From Amoebidium appalachense (lineage: Eukaryota; Protista; Ichthyosporea): DNA of 64,000 nucleotides. Below, in pieces: positions 44,035-57,444 of the stretch. The position numbers and the translations under genes were made by a program. Positions within the stretch are counted from its first letter, which is position 1. Every line of letters begins with the position of its first letter. The notes under the pieces are model-generated. The model made no database searches and was not told where the DNA came from. It saw nothing but the letters and a program-made list of their open reading frames with translations. The stretch spans positions 2,666,001 through 2,730,000 of the forward strand of contig CAVNZM010000014.1 of the NCBI GenBank assembly GCA_963693365.1. Reading direction: 5' to 3'.

Positions 44035-44939
44035 GTGTTATCAGTCTAGGGCCGGGAGATCTAGAGATTGCCATTGCCGAAGTACCAAGTTTACTTGTGG
44101 TCCTCCAAAAACATGTAGCTGAAAACCACCAAGTGCAATATGTTCTAAATTGCTTGCAAAAATTTTATAATATTTTTATTATTTTGTTGTTTTACTTATT
44201 TTACAGAACTGTTTGGTAACCCGATGATATGCATGGACAGGCAATAAAACTTTCCACGTGCACCGAGTGCCAGGTGGGCAACACATTTCAGTGAAGTCTG
44301 GAATTGGCACCCCCCCGAAATGTTCCCGAACATAAAATCATCATTCTACGGTGTGTGTCAATATACCATGCTCACAAGTCAGTACTGCAATTATACTATT
44401 CTCAGTTTACTTCAAAGCATCCCCCCCCCCCGGCCCTCTTCCCATTCCCTGCCCCCCCAAATTGTTTTTTTATGCTTTTCATACTCAGCGACTGCAATCA
44501 TGGCACCCGTGTTTTCTAGATATATTTCCTTTCATTGTGTTCTACGTCTATGTGTGTGTGTGTGTGTGTGTGTGTGCATGTTTGTGTGTGTGTGAATGTG
44601 TGTGTGTGGGCCAAGTGAAGGTTGTATGCGTTTTTTTCTTCTTAGTTGTTTTTGTATTCTATTCGATTATTACTTTGTGTGTAAATGTGGAAAAAAAACA
44701 AATAAAAAAAATTACCAATGACCACCGCCCAGCTTGAATCACCGTAGCTCTAGTGTAAAAAAATAAATGCATTATCAGTCACAAACCCTTCTACTACACT
44801 CGCCCCAAATATCATATTCACATTACTGAGTTGATTTAGCTGTTTTTTTTACTCTATTTTTATTCAACAACTGTCTGCTATTAAAACATTAAAATGTACA
44901 TGTGTTTGTGTGTGTGTGTGTGTGTGTGTGCCACAGGCC

Positions 44940-44978
<39 letters not shown>

Positions 44979-46578
44979 ATATAGAATTTACCGTCCTCAT
45001 CCCCGTGTCCCCCTAAACCGGGTGTTAGCAGACCTTTGAGGTTTTTGTGATTGGATTGGTAGTTCTATTACATTAAAATTTTCAAAATGTCGTTGTACCA
45101 ATGATATAATACGTTGTAAAAAGGGCTGCTATTCTATCCTATGATGATGTGAACGAGCAAAACGGGGAGAAGGAAGACATGAACGAGGACGAGCCCGTTG
45201 CCACCCCTACCAAGAAACGTAAGATGGGGGCAAAGCTTTTCCTGTCGACCGACGACGACGACGTCCCTCTGAGGGATATTGCAGCCATCAAGAAAACCAA
45301 GGACAACGACAATTTGATGGGCCTCGTCAACTCCGATGTTGACGAGCCCGAGGATTCCAATTCGGAGGGAGAAGACGGTGACGATGACATCGAGGAAGAT
45401 TACGGCTTGCTCGATGGTGCAGCCATTTTCAACGTTGAGGAGTAACTTCCAGTGCTGCAGTGCCCATAGCACATTTCCACTATGTATTGTTTGTAATAAT
45501 ATATTTTGATTTATTTGACGTTATCTAATACTATTGGGGATAGAACAAACAAACCAAAACAATGATGTTCTGTTTAGTTGTGGGAATTAATTGCATGGAA
45601 TTTTAATAGCACTGTGTTATCAGTCTAGGGAGAGATTGCCATTGCCGAAGTACCAAGTTTACTTGTGGTCCTCCAAAAACATGTAGCTGAAAACCACCAA
45701 GTGCAAACTGTTCTAAATTGCTTGCAAATTTTTTATAATCTTATTATTATCTTGTTGTTTTACTTATTTTACAGAACTGTATGGTAACCCCCTTTATGAT
45801 ATGTATGGGCACGCAATAAAACTTTCCATGTGCACCATGATGTGCACTGAGTGCCAGGTGGGCAACATATTTCCGTGCATACTTGCATATCTTTCCGTCG
45901 AATAAATCCAGTCAAAAGAACAATATATATATATATATTTCAGTGAAGTCTGGAATTGGCACCCCCCCGAAATGTTCCCGAACATAAAATCATCATTCTA
46001 CGGTGTGTGTCAATATACCATGCTCACAAGTCAGTACTGCAATTATACTATTCTCAGTTTACTTCAAAGCATCCCCCCCCCCCCCCCCCCCCCCCCCCCG
46101 GGCCTCTTCCCATTCCCTGCCCCCCCAAATTTTTTTAAGTTATGCTTTTCATACTCAGTGACTGCAATCATGGCACCCGTGTTTTCTAGATATATTTCCT
46201 TTCATTGTGTTCTACGTCTATGTGTGTGTGTGTGTGTGTGTGTGTGCATGTTTGTGTGTGTGTGAATGTGTGTGTGTGGGCCAAGTGAAGGTTGTATGCG
46301 TTTTTTTCTTCTTAGTTGTATTTGGTGTAAATGTGGAAAAAAAACAAATAAAAAAAATTACCAATGACCACCGCCCAGCTTGAATCACCCTAGCTCTAGT
46401 GTAAAACAATAATCATTATCAGTCACAAACCCTTCTACTACACTCGCCCCAAATGGCATATTCACATTACTGAGTTGATTTAGTTGTTTTTTTTACTCTA
46501 TTTTTATTCAACAACTGTCTGCTATTAAAACATTAAAATGTACATGTGTTTGTGTGTGTGTGTGTGTGCCACAGGCCG

Positions 46579-46620
<42 letters not shown>

Positions 46621-46763
46621 ATATAGAATTTACCGTCCTCATCCCCGTGTCCCCCTAAACCGGGTGTTAGCGGACCTTTGAGGTTTTTGTGATTGGATTG
46701 GTAGTTCTATTACATTAAAATTTTCAAAATGTCGTTGTACCAATGATATAATACGTTGTAAAA
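44035..46763. repeat. ~1.1-kb direct repeats (44035-45121 and 45614-46763) flanking a ~490-bp unique segment
   Basis: High identity over more than 1 kb, with a few indels and homopolymer length differences. Confidence 0.9.
45124..45445 (+). CDS. Probable terminal exon encoding an acidic tail with an NLS; parent gene unresolved
   Basis: GC-rich, codon-like segment ...VATPTKKRKMG...DDDD...FNVEE*, with a possible AAG acceptor at 45121-45123. Confidence 0.5.
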
Positions 46764-46782
46764 CAAATGTCGCCGAATTTCT

Positions 46783-47491
46783 CTAAAAAAAGTGCGTTCC
46801 ATTCTGGGTTAGAAACCCAAACCGTTTTGATACGGGAATCACCTGATCTCTGCCGTCATTCAGCCCAGCGCGTTCACAGTGAATCCGAAACCGCTGGTTT
46901 TTTTCTTTTTATTTCAAAGCCCCGAGTACGTACATCCTCTCGGGCCCAACTTTACGGCACTATATTTCAATTTTCTCATTATCAAATATATAGTTATTTT
47001 AGGCTTTTTCATTAGTATCGCAAGAATATTTAGCGATTTTGATGTCATAAAAACAACTAAGCAACGTTTCGATGGTTTTTGATGCCTCACAAAATGGCCT
47101 TAGGTCCCCTCCAAATTTCGGATTTGAGGTCAGGCACTAAAAAAGGTGCGTTCCATTCTGGGTTAGAAACGAAAACCGTTTTGATACGGGAATCACCTGA
47201 TCTCTGCCGTCATTCAGCCCAGCGCGTTCACAGTAGACTCCGAACCCGCTGGTTTTTTTCTTTTTATTTCAAAGCCCCGAGTACGTACATCCTCTCGGGC
47301 CCAACTTTACGGCACTATATTTCAATTTTCTCGTTATCAAATATATAGTTATTTTAGGCTTTTTCATTAGTATCGCAAGAATATTTAGCGATTTTGATGT
47401 CATAAGAACAACTAAGCAACGTTTCGATGGTTTTTGATGCCTCACAAAATGGCCTTTGGTCCACTCCAAATTCCGGATTTGAGGTCCGGCA
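46783..47491. repeat. ~354-bp tandem duplication
   Basis: 46783-47136 and 47137-47491 are nearly identical. Confidence 0.92.
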
Positions 47492-48341
47492 AACAACGCA
47501 TTATATATATTGTTAATACGGGAAGAAAAGTATCAACAGTTGCCATGACAGCAACATACAACAGGGATTGTGTTTAAGTGGGAAAAAAATTAAAAAAAAT
47601 CATCAGGAATTCAAGTGTTATTATATGGGTTAAATAAAAAAGAAGCCATGCAAAACGCGTACGAAATCATTGAACCGGCATTACCAAGAATCAAGTGAAC
47701 GAAAAACATTCCGAAAGTGTCTTCCGACGTCCATTCACATGTACAACAGCGCAGCTTGCATACATATGTATGATATCTAGTTACATTTCTCAAGCAAGAT
47801 ATTGGTTCATCTAAAGAAGTTTTCCAAGCGCCCTACGGCAGCCGCAATCATATACACATGCCCCAAATTCCGTATTCATTCCCTTTTGCACGCATATGCG
47901 TTCTTGCAGGTTATGTCTACCTTTGCCAAGCATAATTGCATGGAGATCTCATTCCAAAGAAGTTCAGCTGTCCTATGTATCGGGTAGCCGAAATCGCGTA
48001 TGTACATCCAAACCAAATCTCCGTTTACATTCGAATTCGTTTTCCAAGTAGTTCATGCCTTTTAGTTTGGACCCCCCCTGCCCCCAATTTTCAGATATTC
48101 AATCCATAATCACCGAAACTCCCAGGTGTGGCTGGCTGTCAAGCAGTGCGCGTTTCGAATTTCGGCCCTGGTCATACATATCCATCTCCTCACCTGCGGA
48201 AAAAGCACCGTTCGTGTAAGCTCTGTGTTCAAATAATTAAAGGTTTAGAGCGACAAAATTAATATAAAGGGTTACAAACATGCAAACAGGACATTATGGT
48301 AAGAGGTCACGGTGCATGTTTCTTGCTGGGAATGTCTCTCT

Positions 48342-48378
<37 letters not shown>

Positions 48379-48506
48379 ACTCCCAACGTACCCATACTAC
48401 TAAAGCACTACCAACCACATCCCACGTCGAAACCCACCCATCGGCAAAAACCAAAATAAGGGAGGCACACCTTCCCTCTATCTCCCTCTCTCCAAATGGG
48501 GGGGAA

Positions 48507-48541
<35 letters not shown>

Positions 48542-48594
48542 GAGAGAGAGAGAGAGAGAGAGACTAGGTAAGCACACGTGCAACGGTGGTGCAT

Positions 48595-48950
48595 TAGTCA
48601 CTTTGAGTGACTGTCTCCCTGAGGCCCGGCTCAACATACCTTGTATGTTGCCGCAGCGACAGTCACTAGACAAAGGTTCTGATTGCGCAAACAAATTTAA
48701 ATATACAGCAGATGATTGGATCAAAGTCGCATCAATAATTGAACGCGGATTGAGGAAGCGTTCCTATTGCCCAACAACAAATTTACGAAGGCGTTCCTAT
48801 TGCCCAACAGAAAATACAGCATTCCCATTGAACCTACAAGATAACCAAGCGTTCCGATTGCCCAACAGGAATTCATAAACCCAACCGGAGTCGCGGCGTA
48901 GTAGTGCCCGGCCACTTACGTAAGCCATGGGTACATAGCCTTGGAGACTA
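48595..48950. mobile_element. Non-autonomous DNA transposon with TAG...CTA ends and a 9-bp TSD (AcademH-like), copy 2
   Basis: Termini TAGTC...GACTA; perfect TSD GTGGTGCAT at 48586-48594 and 48951-48959; internal GCGTTCC(T/G)ATTGCCCAACA subrepeats. Confidence 0.8.
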
Positions 48951-49427
48951 GTGGTGCATCGGAGTTTCTTCTTCCCCCCCCCCCCCCCCCCCCCCCCCCC
49001 CAAAAAAAAAGGGGGGTACGCGAAAGCAATGCATAAAAAAACATGTATGACCCACCTTCTCTCTTCTGACGGGCCAACCCCCATCTGCCCGCCGACCCCA
49101 CGCCTGCACCCGCCATGTTGTTGCTCGATAGGAACCTCGCGAGAAGGATGGGGTATTGCTGCGCAAACCCTGCTTGCACGTGACAACCAGAATACCGTCA
49201 GAGATCTACTGATAGGATTATGATATTGTGCACTCAGGACATACAAAGCCTATGACGATTTACTAGGGGGAGGGGGGAGGGGGGAGGGATTAAAATGCGT
49301 TACAAGTACGTACCACATTCACATTCACATTCACGAGGGACACCACAATGCAGGTTTATGCAATAATTGCGCACACCCACAGCCAAGAGTATGAATAAAA
49401 AGTAGAGCCCATCTTTCCCCGGGGATT

Positions 49428-49471
<44 letters not shown>

Positions 49472-50869
49472 CTAAAGAACGAGGCGTGTCAGGTGCAGCT
49501 GTATCGGCAAGCGAACAAAAAAAAAAAAACAGCTCTGGCCTACAAAGTCATTTCCTCGTTACTTGACAAACCAAGAATACCAGGAGGAAGAGCCTCCCTC
49601 CTTACCCGCCCTCTCTGTCTCTTCAGCTGTGAGAACGGAAAGAAGCATTCCAAATGAGGTAGGTCACATGATGAAGCAAGAGAAGAAGGGACGAAATAAC
49701 GCGCGAGGGGGGGGGGGGGGGGGGGGGGGGGAGGGGGGAAGGGGCTGGTTAGAATGTGTTACCCAGTACAAAGTACACATTCATAACGAAACAACACAAT
49801 GCAGAGTGCAAGCACACAAAGAGCGAATGCACAATAAGCAGGTCCCATCCTCAGAAGGGAGGAGAGGGGGGGGGGGGGGGGGGGGGGGGGGGGAGGGGGG
49901 GGGGGGGAAGGGGGGAGGGGGAGGGGGCAGGAAGAGGGCGGTACAGAATACCAAGTACAGATTCTTGACAGAAAATAGGGCAGATTCTACAAGAAGGAGG
50001 AGGGTACACGAAAGTATACTGCACTCGGATCTGCGGATTGGGTAACGTTACTAAAACGGTGGACCAAGCCCAGTTCACGGATATCAGCCGCGGAAATGCT
50101 GTCTCCACCGTTTTTCGCTCCCCTTTTCGTCGGTTGTATATGCTTGCTTTATATACATAAACCCGTTACATTTTAATAGTCCTGAAGGCTTCTCGTATAT
50201 ATTATGTTTCAGTGGACTTTGGTGGGTGCGTGCCCAAGCGGGAGCGCTACTTCTGTCGAGCCCAACACCAGCACCCACCTACTGCGTGTACGTGCATGCT
50301 TGGTACGTCTGGGGCCAGGACTGCGGAACTTCGCAGTAGTGCTATAGTATAGCTAAACCGTATACAGTGTTCAAACAGAGTACCTCGGCCTCTTGACCAC
50401 CAAACTTTAATTGATTTACCAGGATTCTAGCATTACTTGACCATTGGAAGGCGCCCCGTGGTGTGTTCCTATGTGGCTACCTTCTTCCAGTCAGACTCAG
50501 AAAGTTGCTTGCGGCTACATGTAAAAACAACACATTGGTCTAGTTTGTTGACCTCAGTACTCTCTCGTTTCCCTTTTTATTTATTTATGCAAACAAAGAT
50601 CCCTTACCGCCCACAGACCTCCAACATCTCTTAACCCGTCTGTATAACAAGAAGTTCGTTGCCCTTGGATCCGTAGATCTTACCAGTATCATGGTGCACT
50701 GTGTTAGACAGGCCCTTCACCATAGCTTCACTAACTCTCGTGGTACCCATCCCTTCTCCCTCTCCTTCGCCCTCGAAACTTCTCCCCCCCGTCCCCTTTC
50801 CCCACCCCCCAATGCTTCTGCTAATTGATCCTCACGGACCAATAAGACGTACACAACACAACACACAGA

Positions 50870-50948
<79 letters not shown>

Positions 50949-51229
50949 CCACACGCGCGCGCGCGCGCGCGCGAGCACACACACACACACACACACAAAC
51001 ACACACAAAAATGCTTTACTTGCACTCTCTGTATCTTTTCCCGTGTCTTATGGTGATTCCATCTACCAGAGTTGCACTTCCCTATAAATAGCCAACACGG
51101 CCACTCTCCAAAAGCGGCTCCGCTTTGTCTTTCCCTTCCTTCTTTCTGTACTTCTTTGACTCCTCCGGCCTTGCCCACATGTCTCCTCACTGTCACTACT
51201 ATCCCTGTCAGACAGTATATATCTCTCTC

Positions 51230-51301
<72 letters not shown>

Positions 51302-51324
51302 GTCTCTCTCTCTCTCTGTCCTTC

Positions 51325-51357
<33 letters not shown>

Positions 51358-51711
51358 TGCTCGTATCCTCTTCTGCCTCACCCTTCTTGCCCACCCACCC
51401 TCTTTCTCCCTTGTCACTCTCTCTATTTCTGTTCGTTTCTGTTCCTATTTTTTTCTTAGATCTGAAACCTCACTACACCGACTCCGACATCCAACTTTAT
51501 AGGTGTCTCACTCTCCCCTCTTCTCTTTGTCCTACTTCTCTATCACACTCTCTTGGTCTCTATCACTCTTCATAGCGCATATCTCCCTCGGAGTCTGCCG
51601 TTGTCTCTCTCTTTTCGGATTTTTTGTACTCCACCTCCCGGGGCCGGCGCCTTTCTACACAAATACACACACACACAAACACACACTGGTGCGTGCACAC
51701 ACAAACACTCT

Positions 51712-51742
<31 letters not shown>

Positions 51743-52934
51743 ATGACACCCCCTCAGGATCTCCTTACCTACCCCTTTCTGTGTGTGCATCTTTCTGAAT
51801 GTATGCGTGTGTGTGTGTGTGTGCGTGTGCGTGCTTCTCTCTCTCTCACTCTCACTCTCACACTCACACTCACACTCACTCTCTCTCTTTCTCTCGCCCC
51901 TCCCCTCCTTCTCTCTTGACGACTTTGCCTTCTCAGATCTCCCACAGCCTCGACCCCCCCTCGATCCTCCCAGGTTCTCCGTCCCGACACTCTGGATTTG
52001 TCTTTGCCCTCCCTTCTGTCGCCTCTATCCCCTCAAACCAATTACTTCCTGGTACCATCTCCTCTCACCCCAAACATCCCTTTGCCCATCCAGCCCTCAA
52101 CCTAGTACTAAATTAAAGGGTTCTTCACCCTGCTACGGCCCCCTTCTCTCTGTCCCACCTTCTGACGGATCCATTATCGTCCTCTACCCTCTAGTCAAAC
52201 CAAAACATCACTTCTCACTTTTTCAATGGGGTCTTTTTTCTATTTCTCCAACGTCCCTCATCCCTCCCCTGCTTTGCCCGGTCCCTCCGGATTTTGCTTC
52301 GCTGTTTTCCCCCAACAACGGTGTCCTAGGACTACCCCCTCCCCCCCCCCCCCTTTCCCCCGAACCCCTACCCAACTCAGGCAGGCTACCTTAAAGTTTC
52401 CCCTTCCTGGCGCCCCGCTCCCTTTCTCTCCTACTTCCCTTAACCTTTTGTTTTAAGCATCTATTTCTCTCTGCCAGATCACAGCTGTGATCCTGCGCAG
52501 CTGCACGCGTTCGTATGATAAGCTGAGCACAGTCACTGTGCAGGATCCGGAACCGGGCTAGTTAGTTGTCCCTATATGATGTTACTGTAAGGGTTATTGT
52601 TTCTCAGAGTAGGCTGTGTGTTTAACGTATGAAAATAACAATTGGCACATACTGAGACACTGTGGCGAGAGCATCAAGTGCTACAAAACAGTAATTGTTC
52701 CGCAGGCTATAGTGCACTATGTCCCGCCGCACTGATGCTCTCGCTGCCGGCCGCAGGGCCCATGTATTTCTGTGTTAACCCATTTATATACTTTGCATAC
52801 TGCCAGTAAGTCTAATACTGCAATGCTCTTCTCAGTTCCGAAGAACAAAGGCAGAGTAGAAGAGGACAAAGAAGTGGTGTACTGTACGCCGTGCACTCTG
52901 GATCCGGCCGCCGCGATGGCCTTGGTCCACCGTT

Positions 52935-53015
52935 TTAGACCCAGCGGCGGGTCATATGATCGATCGCAGATGCGAATAAGTAGGGCCAATCCTCCCGGGG
53001 AAAAGGGAAGGGGAA

Positions 53016-53066
<51 letters not shown>

Positions 53067-53154
53067 ACTTCATCCCATAGTGGGACCATGTAAAAACTCA
53101 CACAAAGATTGGCCCGTAGATCATAAAGTGCCCAGTCCAGAACCACATAGATGG

Positions 53155-53201
<47 letters not shown>

Positions 53202-53630
53202 AAAAAAAAAAGATTTAGGGAAAAAGATAAAAAACAATAGATAAGAAATAACAGGCAAGGGAGTAATGACTCACCAGGGTCCAAGGCGTGCATGCTCCTG
53301 AAAGCGACGTCCAGGCCCGGCAGTTCGGCCCAGGGGCTCGTATCTGCAATCGTACGCATAAGGACAGAGAGGCGGCTACGAAGTAAAGGATGACCCATGA
53401 CACACTCTCGGAAGAGAAGAGCTAGCTCGTAGTGAAGGCTCGTTTGGAGCTTGGCTTGGAGATAGGTTCGTTCCTGTTTATATGTGTAAAGGAAGAGGTT
53501 TGAAGGATGTGGAAGAAGTGTGAGTAGGTGGATGGGGGGTGAGGGGGTGGGGGAGGGGGTCGGGGGAGGGTTGGGGGGTAAGGGGAAAGGGGGAGGGACA
53601 TGGTGGAGTTGTGGGGTTGCGGTGGTGCTG

Positions 53631-53671
<41 letters not shown>

Positions 53672-54027
53672 CACGCGCACGGACATTGGGGAGGGGGCGT
53701 GTAGGGGGAGGGGGGGGAGGTAAGATGCGACACGCACGACAAAGTTCACATTCACAATGGAGCACAATACAGATTGCAAAACATATACAAGGAGTATGCA
53801 TAATAAGAAGAGTCTATCCTTCCGAAAAGGGGGGGGGGGGGGGGACAGAGACAGGAGGGACAGATACGTTAGCCACGAAATAAACAATGTAGCAGACAAG
53901 TAGCAGAGAAATGATTTCAGGGGGAAAAAAGAACCCCGATGGAGGGATGATGTGCAGGGGGGATAGAATGCTGTCGATTAGTTGTGGTAGTGAAGTATAT
54001 TTCGGAGTAGGGGGAAAAAAAAAAGAA

Positions 54028-54058
<31 letters not shown>

Positions 54059-54114
54059 GAAGGTGTTTTATTATACGAAGTACACATTCGCGACGGACAA
54101 AACAATGAACTCCC

Positions 54115-54145
<31 letters not shown>

Positions 54146-56799
54146 AAAAAAAAAAAAAAAAAGCACACACCAAGCACACACCAGGAGTTTGCTTCTTTGA
54201 AGGGGTCTAAGTCGTCCCCACAGTAATTGAAACTCGACCCATTCCCCTAGCACGCGTAACCCAAACTCAGATACTGCTTCACTTAACCGGTCACCCGCCT
54301 GGATACGAAATGAAACCCCGACTTGTTCTACCAATGCAAGCATACAATCTCTCACGTCCTTTTCTTTTGTTTCCGTTGCGCCGTGCGCCTCTCATCCGTT
54401 TTATCATCCTCATACGATCACAATCACAGACACCAGGGTGTGTGTGTGTGCGCGTGTTGGGGCGTATTCGAAACACATACCAGGTAGAGAAACACGGGGC
54501 AGAGCACGTCGATACAAGCCATATAGTGCTCGACATATGCGGCGTAGCAAGGAAGAAACTGGTCGTCAGGCGTGGAAGCAACCGTCTCAGCCACCTGGCG
54601 AAGATACAAAGAAACCGTGTTCTTGAGGTCGGAGTAAAGGCTCCGGTGGTGGCTCTGGCAGCATACGTTGTACACCATCCTGCACCACCCATGCATGAGA
54701 AGAGGAAAGAAAAAGAAAGCAGAACGGGAACATGGTAAAAAACGGAGTTTTGAAAACTGCAGGAAAGAAGACAGGATATATTGACACGCAAACTGCAACA
54801 CTTGCGAAAGAGTATAAAGACAAATCGTGTTATAGAGGTCGGAATAAAGGCTCCGGTGGTGACTCTGGCAGCCTGAACCGCCCATAAGAAAAGGAAAGGA
54901 AAGGAAAGGAGAACGGGAGAAAGGTAAAAGGGGAGCTGGAAACTACAGGAAACGGGCAAAAGATAAATGTGCACGCACAACGCCAGACTTGCAGGAGGAG
55001 TGTTGAACAGCCTGAAATTCAACCCCCCCCCCTTTCCCCTCTTCCCCCGGTGAGGAACTTCTTGCAACTTGCAAGGTTGGCCGTATGTTTTTATCATTTA
55101 AATGACACCGTACCCCCCCCCCCCTCCCCCCCCCCCCCTCCCCCTCCCCTCCCCTCCCCCCATCCCCCCCCCCCCCCCCCAAAAAAAAAAAATAAAATAA
55201 AAAAAAATAAAGAAAGAAAGAAAGAAAGAAAGAAAAAGAAAAAAAGAAAAGAAAAGAAGAAGAAGAAGAAAAAGAAAGAAAGAGAGAGAAAGACTTTAAA
55301 AAAGAAAATGAATAAACAGAACAAAGAAGAAAAAGAAGGCTAAGGAAAAAAAAATACCTACCCACCCACCCAATCCCATGCGACCCCAACCACCACTCCC
55401 AATATTGAGTGCGAAAGAGAGCACCAGCACAATTATCTCGAACATCTAGACTTCTCTGCCTGTTGCCGAGACCATTTTCTTCCTAATAGTACTCCGCCAT
55501 ATCATGCCTCTAGGTAGAAGAATGTGGTGGGGAGGTTGGCAGTGAGCACAGGAGAGGGGGGGGGGGGGGGGGGGGGGGAGAGGCGGGGGGAGGGATGGGA
55601 AGAGGTGTTGAGTGGAGGAAGAGAGCAGGATACATGGAGAGTATCCGTGCAGAAAGCAAAGAGTAGAAACTGAACAGCAGCATGACCTACCGATAAGCCT
55701 CCTCGTGGGAGAAGCTGGCCGCGCGAGATCCAGGCTCTCGTGCAAGAATTAGCTCCAGGCGCTGTAGAAGCTTTGGCCAGTAGACTTCCCTGTAGTCGTC
55801 CAATGATATCGCCAGCACTAAAGGGATAATGTTGAAACGTGAATATGAGCATGTAACAACATGCGAACAGCTATTCGAAATGATGTCGACGACCTACGTG
55901 CGCATAAATGAAACTGCTGGACAGACAGATCCTCGGAAGACTTCACCCCTTTCCCCCTCTCCTCCCCCCTCCTCACTTGAGCAGACATAAGCAACATAAA
56001 CCTACAGGAAAAAAACAACTTGTGAACGCAGAAAAATTACCAACTCTACAGAGTCCCTCGTTAAGTTTGGTTCCACAATACAAGTTACTGAACACAGATT
56101 ATAGGTCCATGTGCACCAACGAACAAATCCTTTCACTTGGTGCCCAATTTTAATTTGGAAATGAGTGAACCCCTCAAAAAAATAGAAGTGCTTTGCAAAC
56201 ACAACGTCAAGAGGCACTTACTTTTCATTCGTTGTCCTTCTTCGTTGAAATTCCTCCCTGTTTAATGAGTGTGTTCCTACGTTCCTTCCTGTTGTTCGGG
56301 CTAGAACAAAGCTCCGTGAAGCCCAAGCGAATGTCTATCCCGTTTTCTTTCCCGTGCATACCACTATGTAATTAAGGTGCACCAAGCACAGAAAAAGCTG
56401 TTACCTTAGGCTTCGCTAAAAACAGGCATATAAGAAAGGAAGGATCCCTTCACTTTGAACATCACCCCATCAGCAGGTGGAAAAGAAAAGTGCCCGAACT
56501 GAAAGTGATCCCTCCCTATCGATGCCGCCACTTCGTTTGCAGCTCCAACTCTCCAAACTCAATACTTTTCCATAGAGATCTTGTGTTTCATTCAAAGACC
56601 TACCAAAACAACATTCCTTGACATCTCAAGCTTTTGAAAAGAACACACACCCACTTAAAACGAGCCCTACGTGAAGCGGCTGTGCTTTGAAGCTGAGCAA
56701 ATGAAGTTGTTCGATTCGATTCGATAGAGCTACATATGAGCCCGGTTTCAGGGAGTAACTCCATGGTGCTGGCCCGATTCGGATAATTCTATGCAGAAA

Positions 56800-56843
<44 letters not shown>

Positions 56844-56844
56844 T

Positions 56845-56881
<37 letters not shown>

Positions 56882-57073
56882 CCCTGGAAAAAAACTCCTC
56901 AGGGGAGAAAATAGAGATTTATTTATAACACGCTGCACATGCGTGTGTCCTTCATAAGGTCTGAGACAACTCCTCAGGGAAGGCAATCATACATGGATGC
57001 GGGTCGGGGTGACCTGTGTGTTGGCTCGATTTGATCCGCCCAGTTTGAGCCACTGACCCACAACTCTGGCTCA
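52935..57073 (-). CDS. CACUL1: CACUL1-like (CDK2-associated, cullin-repeat) protein; first and last exons uncertain
   Basis: Phase-consistent exons 56993-57073(?), 55691-55817, 54481-54679 and 53275-53473 give AISLDDYREVYWPKL...SHEEAYRMVYNVCCQSHHRSLYSDL...YM...LCPVFLYLERTYLQAKL...LF. This matches the remembered CACUL1 pattern (ITIEDYKSTYWPKL...[25 protein letters not shown]). Tentative 3' exons are 53102-53136 and 52935-52991. Confidence 0.8.
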
Positions 57074-57075
57074 CT

Positions 57076-57444
57076 AAAATATTTGGCGCAAACAGAACCA
57101 GCAAAACACACATGCAGAGACACCGGGCGTGGAGTTTTCTTCCGAGTGCACTTCTCAATGTCAGTGTGTGTGATAATCCTGCTTATTGTCTGTGTGTGTG
57201 ATAATCCTGCTTATTAATGTACCAGTTATGTAAAAGGGAAACATGAATAAAGGCCTTATTAACGACATAGCGTTGGTAATTCCCTTCTTCGGTTATTTGT
57301 TTTGCGCGTGATCACCAGAACACTGTGATGTCTCTGCAAGATTGCTCCTTCAAACTCAAACATCCATAACGAAACTGTTATTAACATAAGACAAGCCACA
57401 TAATCAATGGGGTCGAGTAGAAGGGGAAAGCCTATCTTTTTGCC
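57076..57444. promoter_or_regulatory. Probable short bidirectional promoter region (likely also holds the CACUL1 first exon)
   Basis: Less than 400 bp separates the minus-strand CACUL1 exons from the ATG of the plus-strand gene. Inferred from gene layout only. Confidence 0.35.

Noticed and set aside
44035-46765. LTR retrotransposon interpretation of the 1.1-kb repeats
   Set aside because: Only one copy has TGTT...AACA ends, and there is no PBS, PPT or TSD.
49533-49658. Isolated AG-GT-bounded open plus-strand exon candidate
   Set aside because: No partner exons or homology recognised.
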